64,000 nucleotides of DNA from Candidatus Kapaibacterium sp. (GTDB taxonomy: Bacteria > Bacteroidota > Ignavibacteria > Kapaibacteriales > UBA2268): positions 1,984,001 through 2,048,000 of the forward strand of contig OY762428.1 in the NCBI GenBank assembly GCA_963665665.1. Reading direction: 5' to 3'. The notes beneath the pieces were generated by a model. It had not been told where the DNA came from and searched no databases. It was given only the letters and a program-made list of their open reading frames with translations. Made by a program: the position numbers and the translations under genes. Below, in pieces: positions 29,981 through 40,786 of this stretch (the first letter of the stretch is position 1; every line of letters starts with the position of its first letter).

Positions 29981-32197
29981 ATGCCGAAATTGTTGAATGG
30001 CCTGGTAGCGATAGTTGTCTTTATAATTACAGTTACTGCCGATCTATACTCCGGCGTTATAACTGTTGAAGGGCAGATCGTTGACTCTGAAAGCGGAAAT
30101 CCTGTTGATAATGCTGTCATCAGGATACCTTCCGCTAAAAAGACGATTATCACTGATGCTGACGGCTTTTTCACAATTGACAGCATTAGCCCCGGAGAAT
30201 ACCACGTGAATTTTTCCCGGCTGGGATATAAAAGTTTCCAGAAACATTGTATAATAAGCGCCGATTCTCTTTGCGGTATGGCGATAAAAATGACACCGAT
30301 GGGTGTTAGTTTTCCAACCGTTGTGGTATCAGGAAAAAAAGGAGAGCTTAAATTTGTTGAAGTCAGCGGAAATAAAACCGACCTGTCCGGCAGGAAACTT
30401 CAGAAAGTAATGGGGCAAAGCCTTGCCTCTACCTTGAAGAACGAAGCCGGAGTATCAGTCAGAAGCCTCGGGCCGGCACCTTCAAGGCCGGTTATTCGGG
30501 GGCTTGGCGGCAGCAGGGTGGTCATTGCCGAGGATGGCGTTCAGTCAACCGATCTTTCAGCAACTTCACCTGATCATGCCGTTACAGTAGATCCGTTCAC
30601 TCTTGATGAAATCTCTATCATGAGGGGTCCTGAAGCTGTTCAGTATTCCACTTCTCTTGCCGGGGGAGTTGTGAACGCCACGAGGAATGAAATACCCATG
30701 GATATTCCCGAGAAAATACTTCTCGGTTTGGGAGGTTTTTACGAATCTGCTAATCAGGGCAAGCTTCTCGCTGCTTCTATTGAAGGGCCTTACAATAAAT
30801 TTGCTTATAATACTGATATATCATACCGGAATACCGCTGATATGACCTCGCCGGATAAAAAGCTGGATAATACATCGATCAGGACTCTTAATTATAATGC
30901 CGGGATTGGGTTTGAAGGAGATGGCTGGGTAATAGGTGCAGGATTCAGGGAGTTCGATTCCGAGTATGGTATTCCCGGAGGATTTGTTGGTAGTCACCCG
31001 AACGGCGTTGATATTAAAATGCTGAAAAGAGCTGCCGGGATAAAGGGCATTTATCATTTCCACGGATCATTTATCGACAACCTTAAGTTCAGCGCCGAAA
31101 GGTCTTATTACAAGCATACGGAATATGAATCGGATTCGACTATCGGCGCGGAATTTGTGATCAGGGATTACATTGCAAATATCAGTTTGCATCAGAGAAA
31201 AGGAAATATTTTTGAAAACGGAAGTATGGGATTATTCTTTAATTATAAAGACCACAAAATGGGAGGCTATGTTTTCACTCCCCCGACCGAGGCATTTACT
31301 GCTGCAGCTTTCATTTTCGAAGAATATAAATTCGGAGATAATTTCATTCAGTCTGGCCTGCGCTATAGTTTTGATACATATATCCCAAATAAAAATTCCC
31401 TGATAACCGAGAAAGAAAGCCTGGAACAGAGGGATTTCCATTCATTCGCTTTTTCAATTTCCGCAGCGCGTGAACTATTCGATGACTATTTCTTCGGTAT
31501 AAATCTTTCCAGGTCTGTACGTCCGCCTTCTATCGAAGAACTATTCAATAAAGGGCCGCACCTTGCCGCATATTCCTACGAGAGAGGAAATCCTGATCTG
31601 GATGGGGAAAATGGCATGTCTTACGAAATATTTACAGGCTATCGCACGGATAAGTTCAGTCTGAACCTAAACGCCTTTTATAATCATTTTGATTATTATA
31701 TAATTCCCAGGAATACTGGTGATACTAATTATTCTGTACTCCTGCCAATTTATATGTCCGAAGGAGTCGAGGCTGAGTTCATGGGTTTCGAACTTGAAGG
31801 TTCTTTGTCTGTCGGTGGTTTTGATATCAGCGCCGACGCCGCTTACACCCGGGGTGAAATAGTTGATGAAAATTCTCCGCTGCCAATGATTCCGCCGTTT
31901 AAATCAAATCTTGAGATGGAATACAATATAAGCAGGATGAAATTCGGCGTACGCTTCGAATATGCCGCCCAACAGGACAGGGTTGACCGTTTCGAGGAAA
32001 AAACAGATTCTTATTTCCTGACAGGTCTTTTTGGGCAATATACCTTTACATCCGGTGGATTTATTCATAATGTTTCGCTGAATATCGACAATCTTTTCAA
32101 CAGGGAATACCGTAACCACTTGTCCAGGATAAAATCTATCATGCCGGAGCCGGGATTCAACATCAGGTTTGTGTACCGGGCACTCGTGGAATTATAA
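29981..32197 (+). CDS. TonB-dependent receptor (ZnuD-like) with N-terminal CarboxypepD_reg-like domain
   Basis: RPVIRGLGG...SPDHA plug, RGPEA, EELFNKGPHLA, NLFNREYRNHLSR...PG.N C-terminus. Confidence 0.88.
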   Translation: MPKLLNGLVAIVVFIITVTADLYSGVITVEGQIVDSESGNPVDNAVIRIPSAKKTIITDADGFFTIDSISPGEYHVNFSRLGYKSFQKHCIISADSLCGMAIKMTPMGVSFPTVVVSGKKGELKFVEVSGNKTDLSGRKLQKVMGQSLASTLKNEAGVSVRSLGPAPSRPVIRGLGGSRVVIAEDGVQSTDLSATSPDHAVTVDPFTLDEISIMRGPEAVQYSTSLAGGVVNATRNEIPMDIPEKILLGLGGFYESANQGKLLAASIEGPYNKFAYNTDISYRNTADMTSPDKKLDNTSIRTLNYNAGIGFEGDGWVIGAGFREFDSEYGIPGGFVGSHPNGVDIKMLKRAAGIKGIYHFHGSFIDNLKFSAERSYYKHTEYESDSTIGAEFVIRDYIANISLHQRKGNIFENGSMGLFFNYKDHKMGGYVFTPPTEAFTAAAFIFEEYKFGDNFIQSGLRYSFDTYIPNKNSLITEKESLEQRDFHSFAFSISAARELFDDYFFGINLSRSVRPPSIEELFNKGPHLAAYSYERGNPDLDGENGMSYEIFTGYRTDKFSLNLNAFYNHFDYYIIPRNTGDTNYSVLLPIYMSEGVEAEFMGFELEGSLSVGGFDISADAAYTRGEIVDENSPLPMIPPFKSNLEMEYNISRMKFGVRFEYAAQQDRVDRFEEKTDSYFLTGLFGQYTFTSGGFIHNVSLNIDNLFNREYRNHLSRIKSIMPEPGFNIRFVYRALVEL

Positions 32198-32209
32198 TAT
32201 CCTGATATC

Positions 32210-32226
32210 TTAACATATTCTTAACA
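32210..32226 (+). promoter_or_regulatory. Putative Pho box (TTAACA-N5-TTAACA)
   Basis: 11-bp-spaced direct repeat ~200 bp upstream of the alkaline phosphatase. Confidence 0.5.
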
Positions 32227-32422
32227 TTTTAATTAAAAGTTTTATCAAAATATTTATAATATTCTTTGAATATTGGAATTATAAAATTTTGTCTGATCTG
32301 TTTAAAATTAATCACTACTTAAAATTAATGTGTTAACTTTATATTAAGTAATAAGAGCAAACTGATAGATTTTCATCAATGCTTTTATAATGTTAATGAT
32401 TCAATATGGCAGGAAGAAATAA

Positions 32423-35281
32423 ATGATGAATATTACAAAAGCCGGAAAAACGTATCTCAGCGTTTTATTGCTTTCTTTCGTCTTTGTACCATATATAAAC
32501 GCGCAAACCAAATACGCACCTAAAACACCGAAAAATATAATAATTGTAATCAGTGACGGTTGCGGTATAAACCACATAGAAGCAACAAACTATTATAATA
32601 ACGGCAAGGCGGAAAGTTCTGTTTATCAGTCTTTTCCTCATTCTTACTGGATGGCTACATTCCCGCAGAAAGGCCCCTACCACGATGGTGACCCGCTTTG
32701 GGATAACGGCTATAATTCCTACAAAGCATGGACGGATTTCGAATACGTTAAACAGAGGCCTACAGGTTCGGCTCCTGCTGCAACAGCTATGGCTACCGGA
32801 AAGAAAACATATATGCGTTCGATAGGTATAGGAGTTAACGGTGAAGCGCTGTATAATATTACTCAGCGTGCAAAAGACCTTGGTAAAAGTGCCGGGGTAG
32901 TAACATCTGTTCAACTATCCCATGCAACACCAGCAGGATACGTTGCTCATAATGCCGATCGGGGAAATTATTCTGAAATTGCTAGGGAAATGATTCTTGA
33001 CAGCAGGCTGGATGTAATTATGGGCTGCGGCCATCCCCTGTATGATAATGACAATCAGTTGACTGACTCGATTAATTATAAGTATGTTGGCGGTAAGGAA
33101 AGCTGGGAAGGCCTTGAATCAGGCAGTATCAGCTATAAAATTGCATCAAACAGCGGTAATGAAAAGGTCAGGGATTGTGACGGCGACGGAAGGCCTGATC
33201 CCTGGAGGTTGATTGATGATAGAGCAGATTTCGAAAAACTTACCGACGGGGAAACACCAAAAAGGGTTTTCGGGGTGGCACGTTGCTTCGAAACTCTGCA
33301 ATACGACAGAAGCGGCGACACTAAAGCCGATGCATATACTGTTCCATTCAATGATGGAGTTCCTTCTTTGAAAATCATGGCTAAGGCTGCATTGAACGTA
33401 CTTGACAACAATGAAAAAGGCTTCTTCCTGATGGTTGAAGGCGGAGCTGTTGACTGGGCAGGACATGACAATAATTCGGGGAGGCTTATCGAAGAACAGT
33501 CTGATTTGAATGAAACTGTTGAAGCTATTATTGAATGGGTTGACACACATGGAGGCTGGGATGAAACTCTTCTTGTTGTTACAGCCGACCACGAAACCGG
33601 ATATCTTACAGGCCCGGGTTCTGGCCCCGGCGCTATACCTTTTGATACTGCTCATCCACCGGTCTGGAATGATATTGTGAATAATGGCAAAGGCAAAATG
33701 CCGGGTATGGAATGGCATAGCGACGGCCATACAAACCAGCTCGTACCTTTCTATGCCAAAGGCTGCGGTAGTGAAATATTTGAAAAATATCTTGACGAGT
33801 TTGATCACAAGCGCGGCGCATATCTACAAAATACCGAACTTGGTATGGCTCAGTTTGAATTATGGCCTTTGCCCGAGGAATTTATTATACCTGAAAATAT
33901 TATTGTGTTTATATCCGACGGCTGGGGTATTAATAAAATTAATGCTGCTAATTATTTCCATGGTGAAACCCAGGCTTACCAGGAATTTCCTTTAAGCATA
34001 TACATGAGTACATATCCGGCATACAGTAACAGGATTATTAACCCGCAAACGGATATAACATTGACAAACAACGGATGGGATGTATGGTATAATCCTTATG
34101 TGAACTGGAATAGCAATTGGAATGCCATGAGTAAGGGAGCAACAGGTTCGGGAGCCGCGGCCACAGCCATGGCCTGCGGAGTTAAATCATCATATAAATC
34201 TATTGGAGTTAATATTTATCATGATTTACTACCGAATATTACAGAACGTGCGAAATCACTTGGTAAATCGGCAGGTGTAGTAACTTCTGTTCAGTTCTCA
34301 CATGCAACCCCGGCTGCTTATGTAGCACATAATACATACAGGAATAATTACTCAGCAATTGCACAGGAAATGATACTCGACAGCAGGCTTGATTTGATAA
34401 TGGGCTGCGGACATCCCTTGTATGATAATGAAAGGAGGCTTATTGATACTCCTGATTATAATTATGTGGGCGGAAAAGCTATGTGGGAGCACCTTACCGC
34501 AGGAAATATTGAATTTTCCGGGCTAAACAGAGATAACAGAGGGCGTATAGCTCCATCACAAAATACGACAGTTAAAGATTGTGACGGCGACGAAAATCCC
34601 GACGCCTGGAAACTGCTTCAGAGTGTTGAAGATTTTAGAAAACTAATGAATGGCGAAACGCCGAAAAGAGTTATCGGAGTGCCGCAGGTGTATAAAACAC
34701 TACAATTTGACAGAAGCGGGGAAAAACACAATGCGAAATCTTATGACATCCCATTTACTGATAGTGTACCGACACTTGAAGAAATGACACGCGGGGCACT
34801 GAATGTTCTCGACAACAACGAAAAAGGCTTTTTCCTGATGGTGGAAGGTGGAGCAGTTGACTGGGCCGGGCATGACAATTCTTCGCCCCGTGTTATTGAG
34901 GAGCAGCAGGACTTTAATAAAGCTGTGAATGCTGCAATAGAATGGGTTAATGAAAACGGAGGATGGGAGAAAACACTGATAATAGTTACCGGTGATCACG
35001 AAACAGGCTACCTGACTGGTAAAAGCGCAAACCCGAATGGCTGGAATCCGGTTATTAATAACGGCAAAGGCAATATGCCAACTATGACATGGAACAGCGG
35101 CAGCCATACCAACCAGCTTATTCCATTCTTTGCCAAAGGCGCAGGTTTTGAAATTTTCAAACGCTATGCAGACCAGACAGATGAACGCCGGGGCGAATAT
35201 CTCACAAACTCAGAACTGGGGCAGGCCTGTTTTTATCTTTGGGGCAGGCTTATTACTAAAGGTCAAAAAGTTAAAAATTAA
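32423..35281 (+). CDS. Alkaline phosphatase with two tandem PhoA-family domains
   Basis: Each half has ISDG, TGS(A/G)xAATA nucleophile Ser, SHATPA, GFFLMVEGGAVDWAGH, DHETG, HTNQ; signal peptide. Confidence 0.92.
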   Translation: MMNITKAGKTYLSVLLLSFVFVPYINAQTKYAPKTPKNIIIVISDGCGINHIEATNYYNNGKAESSVYQSFPHSYWMATFPQKGPYHDGDPLWDNGYNSYKAWTDFEYVKQRPTGSAPAATAMATGKKTYMRSIGIGVNGEALYNITQRAKDLGKSAGVVTSVQLSHATPAGYVAHNADRGNYSEIAREMILDSRLDVIMGCGHPLYDNDNQLTDSINYKYVGGKESWEGLESGSISYKIASNSGNEKVRDCDGDGRPDPWRLIDDRADFEKLTDGETPKRVFGVARCFETLQYDRSGDTKADAYTVPFNDGVPSLKIMAKAALNVLDNNEKGFFLMVEGGAVDWAGHDNNSGRLIEEQSDLNETVEAIIEWVDTHGGWDETLLVVTADHETGYLTGPGSGPGAIPFDTAHPPVWNDIVNNGKGKMPGMEWHSDGHTNQLVPFYAKGCGSEIFEKYLDEFDHKRGAYLQNTELGMAQFELWPLPEEFIIPENIIVFISDGWGINKINAANYFHGETQAYQEFPLSIYMSTYPAYSNRIINPQTDITLTNNGWDVWYNPYVNWNSNWNAMSKGATGSGAAATAMACGVKSSYKSIGVNIYHDLLPNITERAKSLGKSAGVVTSVQFSHATPAAYVAHNTYRNNYSAIAQEMILDSRLDLIMGCGHPLYDNERRLIDTPDYNYVGGKAMWEHLTAGNIEFSGLNRDNRGRIAPSQNTTVKDCDGDENPDAWKLLQSVEDFRKLMNGETPKRVIGVPQVYKTLQFDRSGEKHNAKSYDIPFTDSVPTLEEMTRGALNVLDNNEKGFFLMVEGGAVDWAGHDNSSPRVIEEQQDFNKAVNAAIEWVNENGGWEKTLIIVTGDHETGYLTGKSANPNGWNPVINNGKGNMPTMTWNSGSHTNQLIPFFAKGAGFEIFKRYADQTDERRGEYLTNSELGQACFYLWGRLITKGQKVKN

Positions 35282-35534
35282 AATTATCAAAAATCAGATC
35301 TCGAAATTACAGGTAATTATACAACCTGCCAAGGTAAGTTGCCAGAATTTGCTGAGTTTGTAGGGGTTTTAATTATAAATGGAATGAAAATTGATATTTT
35401 GAATCCGAATAATTTTATACTACTGTGTGAGAATATCAGCTAAACAAAAATTAATTTTCATTTTATTTGAATATTAATTATTTTATAAGGTTGTGAAAAC
35501 AACTCTTTTATAAAACATTTTTTTGGGGTTTTTT

Positions 35535-36767
35535 ATGATAAAAATTAAATTATTACTTTTTGCCACTTTGCTGATTGCTGCAAGCATGAATATGCTTGCC
35601 TCCGGGCATCCCATATCTGCTACCAACGACAACGGTGCAATATGCTTTGACGGAACTGATAATTATGCAAAGGTTTGTACTACTTCTGTCTTAAACGACA
35701 TGTCATCTTTCACAATTGAAGCATGGGTTTACTGGACAGGAAGCGACTTTGAATTTCTTTTCGGAGCAGGCTCTTCGGACTTTGCTTCTGAATTTTTAGA
35801 AGTTCAAACTACTAGTTTAAACAGCCTGAGATTTATTCCTGCCAAATCAATTTATATTGATACAGAGCAAAATACTTTTAATCCGAATGTATGGAACCAT
35901 ATTGCCGTTGTATATGACCCTGCAATTTCAAAGGCTGAAATTTATATCAACGGAGTTTTTCTACATGTGGGCGTAATGGCACCATCTTTTATGAACTGGA
36001 CGGCAGTACACAGTACCTGCGTCGGGATGAATATTGGTTGCAGATATAACTCAGATACACCTGTTAATTTCTTCCATGGTAAAATGGACGAATTTCGCTT
36101 ATGGAAGTCTGTCCGCACTGCAACTCAGATCAGGGAAAACATGTTCAGGGAGCTTCCTTCCCCCGGAACAGAATCGGATTTAGTTTTATACTACAAATTT
36201 AACCAGGGCAATCCCGGAGGCAATAATGCCGGCCTGATTAATGTAACCGATAGCAAAGGTAATTCTCACGCACAATTAAAGAACTTTAACCTAAGCGGTG
36301 ATTGCTCCAACTGGATAAATTCGGGAACCATATTCGCAAATTATTCCGAAATTGTTTCGGATCAGGCTCTTGGTTCAGTAACTTATTCTGTTTCAGGTAC
36401 TGCCGCAAATATTGGCAGCGATATTTTTACCGGTATCGACAGGGTTATTTCGATTGAACCAACCAACAACAGCGGCCTGAATGCCACTTATATTTTCCAT
36501 TACGAAGACGCAGACCTGAACGGAATGCCTGAAGATCAGCTTCAACTTTACCGCTCTACTGACGGTGGTGCTACATGGGTTGCAATGGGCGGTGTAGTCG
36601 ATCCTGTTAATAATACTATCACAGTTACAGGAGTAGATCACTTCTCGCACTGGACTGCCGCTACAATACCTTACGGGATACCAACACTTCCGGAATGGGG
36701 ACTTATCATCCTCGGAACATTGTTCGTTCTTGGAACTTCACTGATAATTTTCCGTAAATTTGCATAA
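35535..36767 (+). CDS. LamG/concanavalin-like protein with IPTL-CTERM sorting signal (paralog 1)
   Basis: FTIEAWV, WNHIAVVYD, G.MDEFRLW; C-terminus IPTLPEWGLIILG...RK. Confidence 0.88.
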   Translation: MIKIKLLLFATLLIAASMNMLASGHPISATNDNGAICFDGTDNYAKVCTTSVLNDMSSFTIEAWVYWTGSDFEFLFGAGSSDFASEFLEVQTTSLNSLRFIPAKSIYIDTEQNTFNPNVWNHIAVVYDPAISKAEIYINGVFLHVGVMAPSFMNWTAVHSTCVGMNIGCRYNSDTPVNFFHGKMDEFRLWKSVRTATQIRENMFRELPSPGTESDLVLYYKFNQGNPGGNNAGLINVTDSKGNSHAQLKNFNLSGDCSNWINSGTIFANYSEIVSDQALGSVTYSVSGTAANIGSDIFTGIDRVISIEPTNNSGLNATYIFHYEDADLNGMPEDQLQLYRSTDGGATWVAMGGVVDPVNNTITVTGVDHFSHWTAATIPYGIPTLPEWGLIILGTLFVLGTSLIIFRKFA

Positions 36768-36921
36768 TTTGGCTTTAAAATTGCTTTAATCACAACCGGG
36801 TAGTTCATTCTTCCCGGTTTTTTTATTAATAAACAAAAAAATGTTTTACATATTATTGAATTTGATTAACTTGTGTAACTAATGAAAATACACATACTTC
36901 TTTACAATTTCAGAGGTCTTT

Positions 36922-38163
36922 ATGAAAAAAATCAATCTTGCTTTATTGTCAGTAATGTTACTGGCTTTTTCTTTTGATTTTGCTTATGGAAAAAACCCCT
37001 CGATGAACGAGAGCGGTGCTATATGTCTTGACGGAACTAAAGATTATGCAAGGATTTGCACTACATCTGTTTTTGATGATATGTCTGCTTTTACAATTGA
37101 AACATGGGCTTATTGGACAGGTAATGACATCGATTTTCTTTTCGCCGCAGGCTCTTCAGAGTTTGCCTATGAGTTTATGGAAGTCCACACTAATAGTAAT
37201 AACAGTCTGCGATTTATTCCTGTAAGAAATATGGGAACTGCTCAGGGCTGCTATTTTGATACTGATGCTAATTCGTTCAATCCAAACTTATGGAATCACG
37301 TTGCTGTTGTTTATGATCCATCTGCTCAAATTGCTAAAGTTTATATCAACGGAGTTGATGTTCATGTAACAAGAGCCGGATACACAGCCGGATGGCCGGC
37401 AGTTCATTCCTCATGTACTGGTATGGATATTGGTTGCAGATATAACACAAATAGTCCTACTTATTTCTTTCAGGGAAAAATTGATGAATTCCGCCTATGG
37501 AATACTGCCCGCACTGCAACTCAGATCAGGGAAAATATGCACTGGGAACTGCCTTCCCCGGGAACAGAGTCAAACCTAATTGTATATTACAAATTTAACC
37601 AGGGCAATCCTGGCGGTAACAATGCCGGCCTGATTAATGCAACCGATACCAAAGGAAATTCCCATGCACAATTAATGAGCTTTGACCTAAGCGGTGATTG
37701 CTCCAACTGGATAAATTCGGGAACTATGTTCGCAAATTATTCCGAAATTGTTTCGGACCAGGCTCTTGGTTCAGTTACTTATTCTGTTTCAGGTACTGCT
37801 GCAAATATTGGCAGCGATATTTTTACCGGTATCGACAGGGTAATATCTATTGAACCAACAAATAACAGCGGCCTGAATGCCACTTATATATTCCATTACG
37901 AAGACGCAGACCTGAACGGAATGCCCGAAGATCAGCTACAGCTTTACCGCTCTACTGACGGTGGTGCTACATGGGTTGCAATGGGCGGTGTAGTCGATCC
38001 TGTTAATAATACTATTACAGTTACAGGCGTTGATCACTTCTCGCACTGGACTGCCGCTACAATTCCTTACGGGATACCAACACTTCCGGAATGGGGACTT
38101 ATTATCCTTGGTACATTGTTTGTTCTTGGAACATCACTTATAATATTCCGTAAGTTTGCATAA
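36922..38163 (+). CDS. LamG/concanavalin-like protein with IPTL-CTERM sorting signal (paralog 2)
   Basis: Same architecture; last ~160 aa essentially identical to paralog 1. Confidence 0.88.
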   Translation: MKKINLALLSVMLLAFSFDFAYGKNPSMNESGAICLDGTKDYARICTTSVFDDMSAFTIETWAYWTGNDIDFLFAAGSSEFAYEFMEVHTNSNNSLRFIPVRNMGTAQGCYFDTDANSFNPNLWNHVAVVYDPSAQIAKVYINGVDVHVTRAGYTAGWPAVHSSCTGMDIGCRYNTNSPTYFFQGKIDEFRLWNTARTATQIRENMHWELPSPGTESNLIVYYKFNQGNPGGNNAGLINATDTKGNSHAQLMSFDLSGDCSNWINSGTMFANYSEIVSDQALGSVTYSVSGTAANIGSDIFTGIDRVISIEPTNNSGLNATYIFHYEDADLNGMPEDQLQLYRSTDGGATWVAMGGVVDPVNNTITVTGVDHFSHWTAATIPYGIPTLPEWGLIILGTLFVLGTSLIIFRKFA

Positions 38164-38185
38164 TTTTATTCAAAAATTTTCAATA

Positions 38186-38220
38186 AAAAAACCGGGATGC
38201 TAATATATCCCGGTTTTTTT
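38186..38220. terminator. Bidirectional intrinsic terminator
   Basis: AAAAAACCGGGAT...ATCCCGGTTTTTT between convergent genes. Confidence 0.8.
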
Positions 38221-38245
38221 ATACCATCACATTTATATGCAAAGT

Positions 38246-40438
38246 CTATTCTTCAATTTCCAGGTTAGTGAATTCTTCTGTGATATTAAAATCATACTCC
38301 GGATATTCATAAATCGGCATCCGTGGCTCAGTTGATCCCATTGAATAGCCCCAGATATTTTCATATTCTGCCCTGTTCTCGCCGATTTCCTCTAATTGAT
38401 TCAGGTATTCACTGATTGATTTCGATTCAATAATAATCACTTTACCCATCTTGTTAATTATCGGGCTGTGGTTTCTGGTTGAGTCATGATCGAATTCAAG
38501 AATCCTGCGGCCATATCTTGTAATTCCTATTGTACGGAAAGTAAGGCTTTTACCCACGCCCGGCAGGTTCAGGACGTTTCTGTCCGTAGCAAGGAAAGGA
38601 ATGCCGGCCTCAATTCTTATTTTATCAATATTATTTATACTATTCTCGGGGTCATCGGGAATTGTAACCAGTTTGTCGATAAGTCCGTCAGGTACAACGC
38701 CGAATTTCTTTTCTTCCATTTGCTCCTGTACAGCCCTGGCATTGGTAGCAAAGTTAAACTGATTTTCCATGTAACCCTTAACACTGAAGGTATAGTAGTT
38801 CAGGATGCCAATGTCGTTTAATACTTTCCTTAGCTGAGCAGTGTGGCCTCTTCTTGATGATGCAGTAGTAAATACATGCTGGTTCGTAACTGTCCAGCCT
38901 GCTTCGTGAAGCATTTTAACTGCTTCCAGAACTTCGGGTGTTACTTCCATGGGGGATTCGAAATGGGTTTGAATTACGAACTGGCGGATACCGACAGCCG
39001 CGGCTTTTTCCCTGAAATCTGAAAGCACGCCGATAAGGCTGTCTGTTATTCTTTGCGGAAGGTAAACAGGAAGCCGCGAACCAAGCCTTACCCTTAATAA
39101 CTCGGCATATTTTTCGTTCTCGGGCCTTGCTTCGTTGGCTTCTTTTTTCCTGACGGCCATTTCATAAATAGCATCAAGTATACGGGCAAGAGATTTATCC
39201 GAGCTCATCAGTGCATCTCCGCCGGTAATCAGTATATCCCGTAGCTGTGAATCATTTTCAAAATAATCCATATACTTGCGCAGGCGTTCAGGCCATGTTT
39301 CCGTAGGCTTCAGCTTTTTCAGGTTGAAATTCAGGTTGCCCCGCTGGAAGTCGTACATCCTCTGGCAGGATGCACAAAGTCCTCCGCACGCACGCCCCAT
39401 GGTATCGGGAATAAGAATAGCCACTTCCGGGTATCGGCGGTGTACATTATGCTGCGAAGGAAGTATCCATCCGGCGGCATTGGGTTTGCCTTCTTCTACT
39501 TTGTCCTCTTTCTCCCAGGCAACTATTTCTCCGTATTCATCAATAAGCTGTTTGCTATAAAGAATATAATATCTTATACCAAGGTCAGCTCCGATTGCAA
39601 AATAAGGAACGCGAACATGCAGCAAAGACAGGTAATATGGATTGATAAAGAAAGGAATACCAAGTGATTCAGCTTCGTAAAGTATTTTCATAGTATCGGG
39701 ATCAAGTGAATTCCCGAGCAGTTCATTCAGCAATTTTGGCGAGCGAACTGCAAAACGAAGATGGAAACGGGACTCGTTCCACCATTCCATTGCCCTGATG
39801 ATTTTCTGAGATTTGGACATTCCCGGATCGAAGTTATAGATAGAATCATTTATTTCGCCGCTGTCTATTTTCTCAATCAGAATTTTAATAATTCTTTCCC
39901 GGTTCTCTTCCCTTAGCTTAATAATTCGTGGGTCCAGGCCGGACGGGTAGCGTTCCATCCACTTTTCAAGCTTGTTTTTATCAGGCATTTCAGGAGTAAA
40001 CTTACCGCTGAACTGGCGGAAAAGCTGTAGCATATCTTCAAAGAAGAATGGTTTGGCACCGCCGGTACCATAATTCACCGCCAGCCATATCAACTGTATG
40101 GGATTGCTAACTGCTATTTCACCGCGAATATTAAGGTCGTCGAATTCACGCCCGGCATTATCAACATAATCCAGGAGCCTTATCGTGGCGTAATCTTTCC
40201 ATGTCAGTTTTTCGAAGAATTCTCTTGTTGCCTTGCCGCTTTTATAGAATTCATAAGCATCTTTATTCTTTTTCAGCTCGGCTACCACCCAGTTCCTCAT
40301 TCCGACAAGAGCCTCGGTTTCATTTCGCGAGTTTCTCATCAGTTCTTCAAGGTAAGGATTTTCCTTTAGCAGAATTTTCAGCAGCCTGTGCGATTTTACG
40401 GTAATGGCAATTTGGTCAAGTTGATGAGTATTTTCCAT
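38246..40438 (-). CDS. Long KamA-family radical SAM/PLP aminomutase-like protein
   Basis: HRRYP, CGGLCASCQR (CxxxCxxC), ITGGDAL, RLGSRLPVYLPQRI, THFE, LPGVGK (putative PLP lysine); ~330-aa N-terminal extension. Confidence 0.88.
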   Translation of the reverse strand: MENTHQLDQIAITVKSHRLLKILLKENPYLEELMRNSRNETEALVGMRNWVVAELKKNKDAYEFYKSGKATREFFEKLTWKDYATIRLLDYVDNAGREFDDLNIRGEIAVSNPIQLIWLAVNYGTGGAKPFFFEDMLQLFRQFSGKFTPEMPDKNKLEKWMERYPSGLDPRIIKLREENRERIIKILIEKIDSGEINDSIYNFDPGMSKSQKIIRAMEWWNESRFHLRFAVRSPKLLNELLGNSLDPDTMKILYEAESLGIPFFINPYYLSLLHVRVPYFAIGADLGIRYYILYSKQLIDEYGEIVAWEKEDKVEEGKPNAAGWILPSQHNVHRRYPEVAILIPDTMGRACGGLCASCQRMYDFQRGNLNFNLKKLKPTETWPERLRKYMDYFENDSQLRDILITGGDALMSSDKSLARILDAIYEMAVRKKEANEARPENEKYAELLRVRLGSRLPVYLPQRITDSLIGVLSDFREKAAAVGIRQFVIQTHFESPMEVTPEVLEAVKMLHEAGWTVTNQHVFTTASSRRGHTAQLRKVLNDIGILNYYTFSVKGYMENQFNFATNARAVQEQMEEKKFGVVPDGLIDKLVTIPDDPENSINNIDKIRIEAGIPFLATDRNVLNLPGVGKSLTFRTIGITRYGRRILEFDHDSTRNHSPIINKMGKVIIIESKSISEYLNQLEEIGENRAEYENIWGYSMGSTEPRMPIYEYPEYDFNITEEFTNLEIEE

Positions 40439-40786
40439 GATATCCTCGAAGTAGATTTAATATGATAACATATTATAACAAATAACCGTTAAATTTTCAA
40501 GGATGAAATCAGAAATATTGACTTTTTTTATAAATACAATTGATTTATATCTAAAATTACTAACATAATTCTTTACAATCTTTATACTGTTCCGGGCAGG
40601 ATAGGTTTGTATTTAAAAGCATTTATTTTCTCCAATTTGGGGATAATTGCTTAGAATTCAAATTAACTCCCCCCCTGCTTTTATCTTTCAACAATAATAT
40701 CAGCCTTCATTCTTTTCTGTATAAGTTGTGACTAATTATTATTAATTTTGCTTATAATTACAGATAGTATTTAGAAACATATAAAT

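Noticed and set aside
40560-40586. Pho-like box upstream of tatC
   Set aside because: TAACA/TTACA half-sites are not at 11-bp spacing; plausible by chance in AT-rich DNA.
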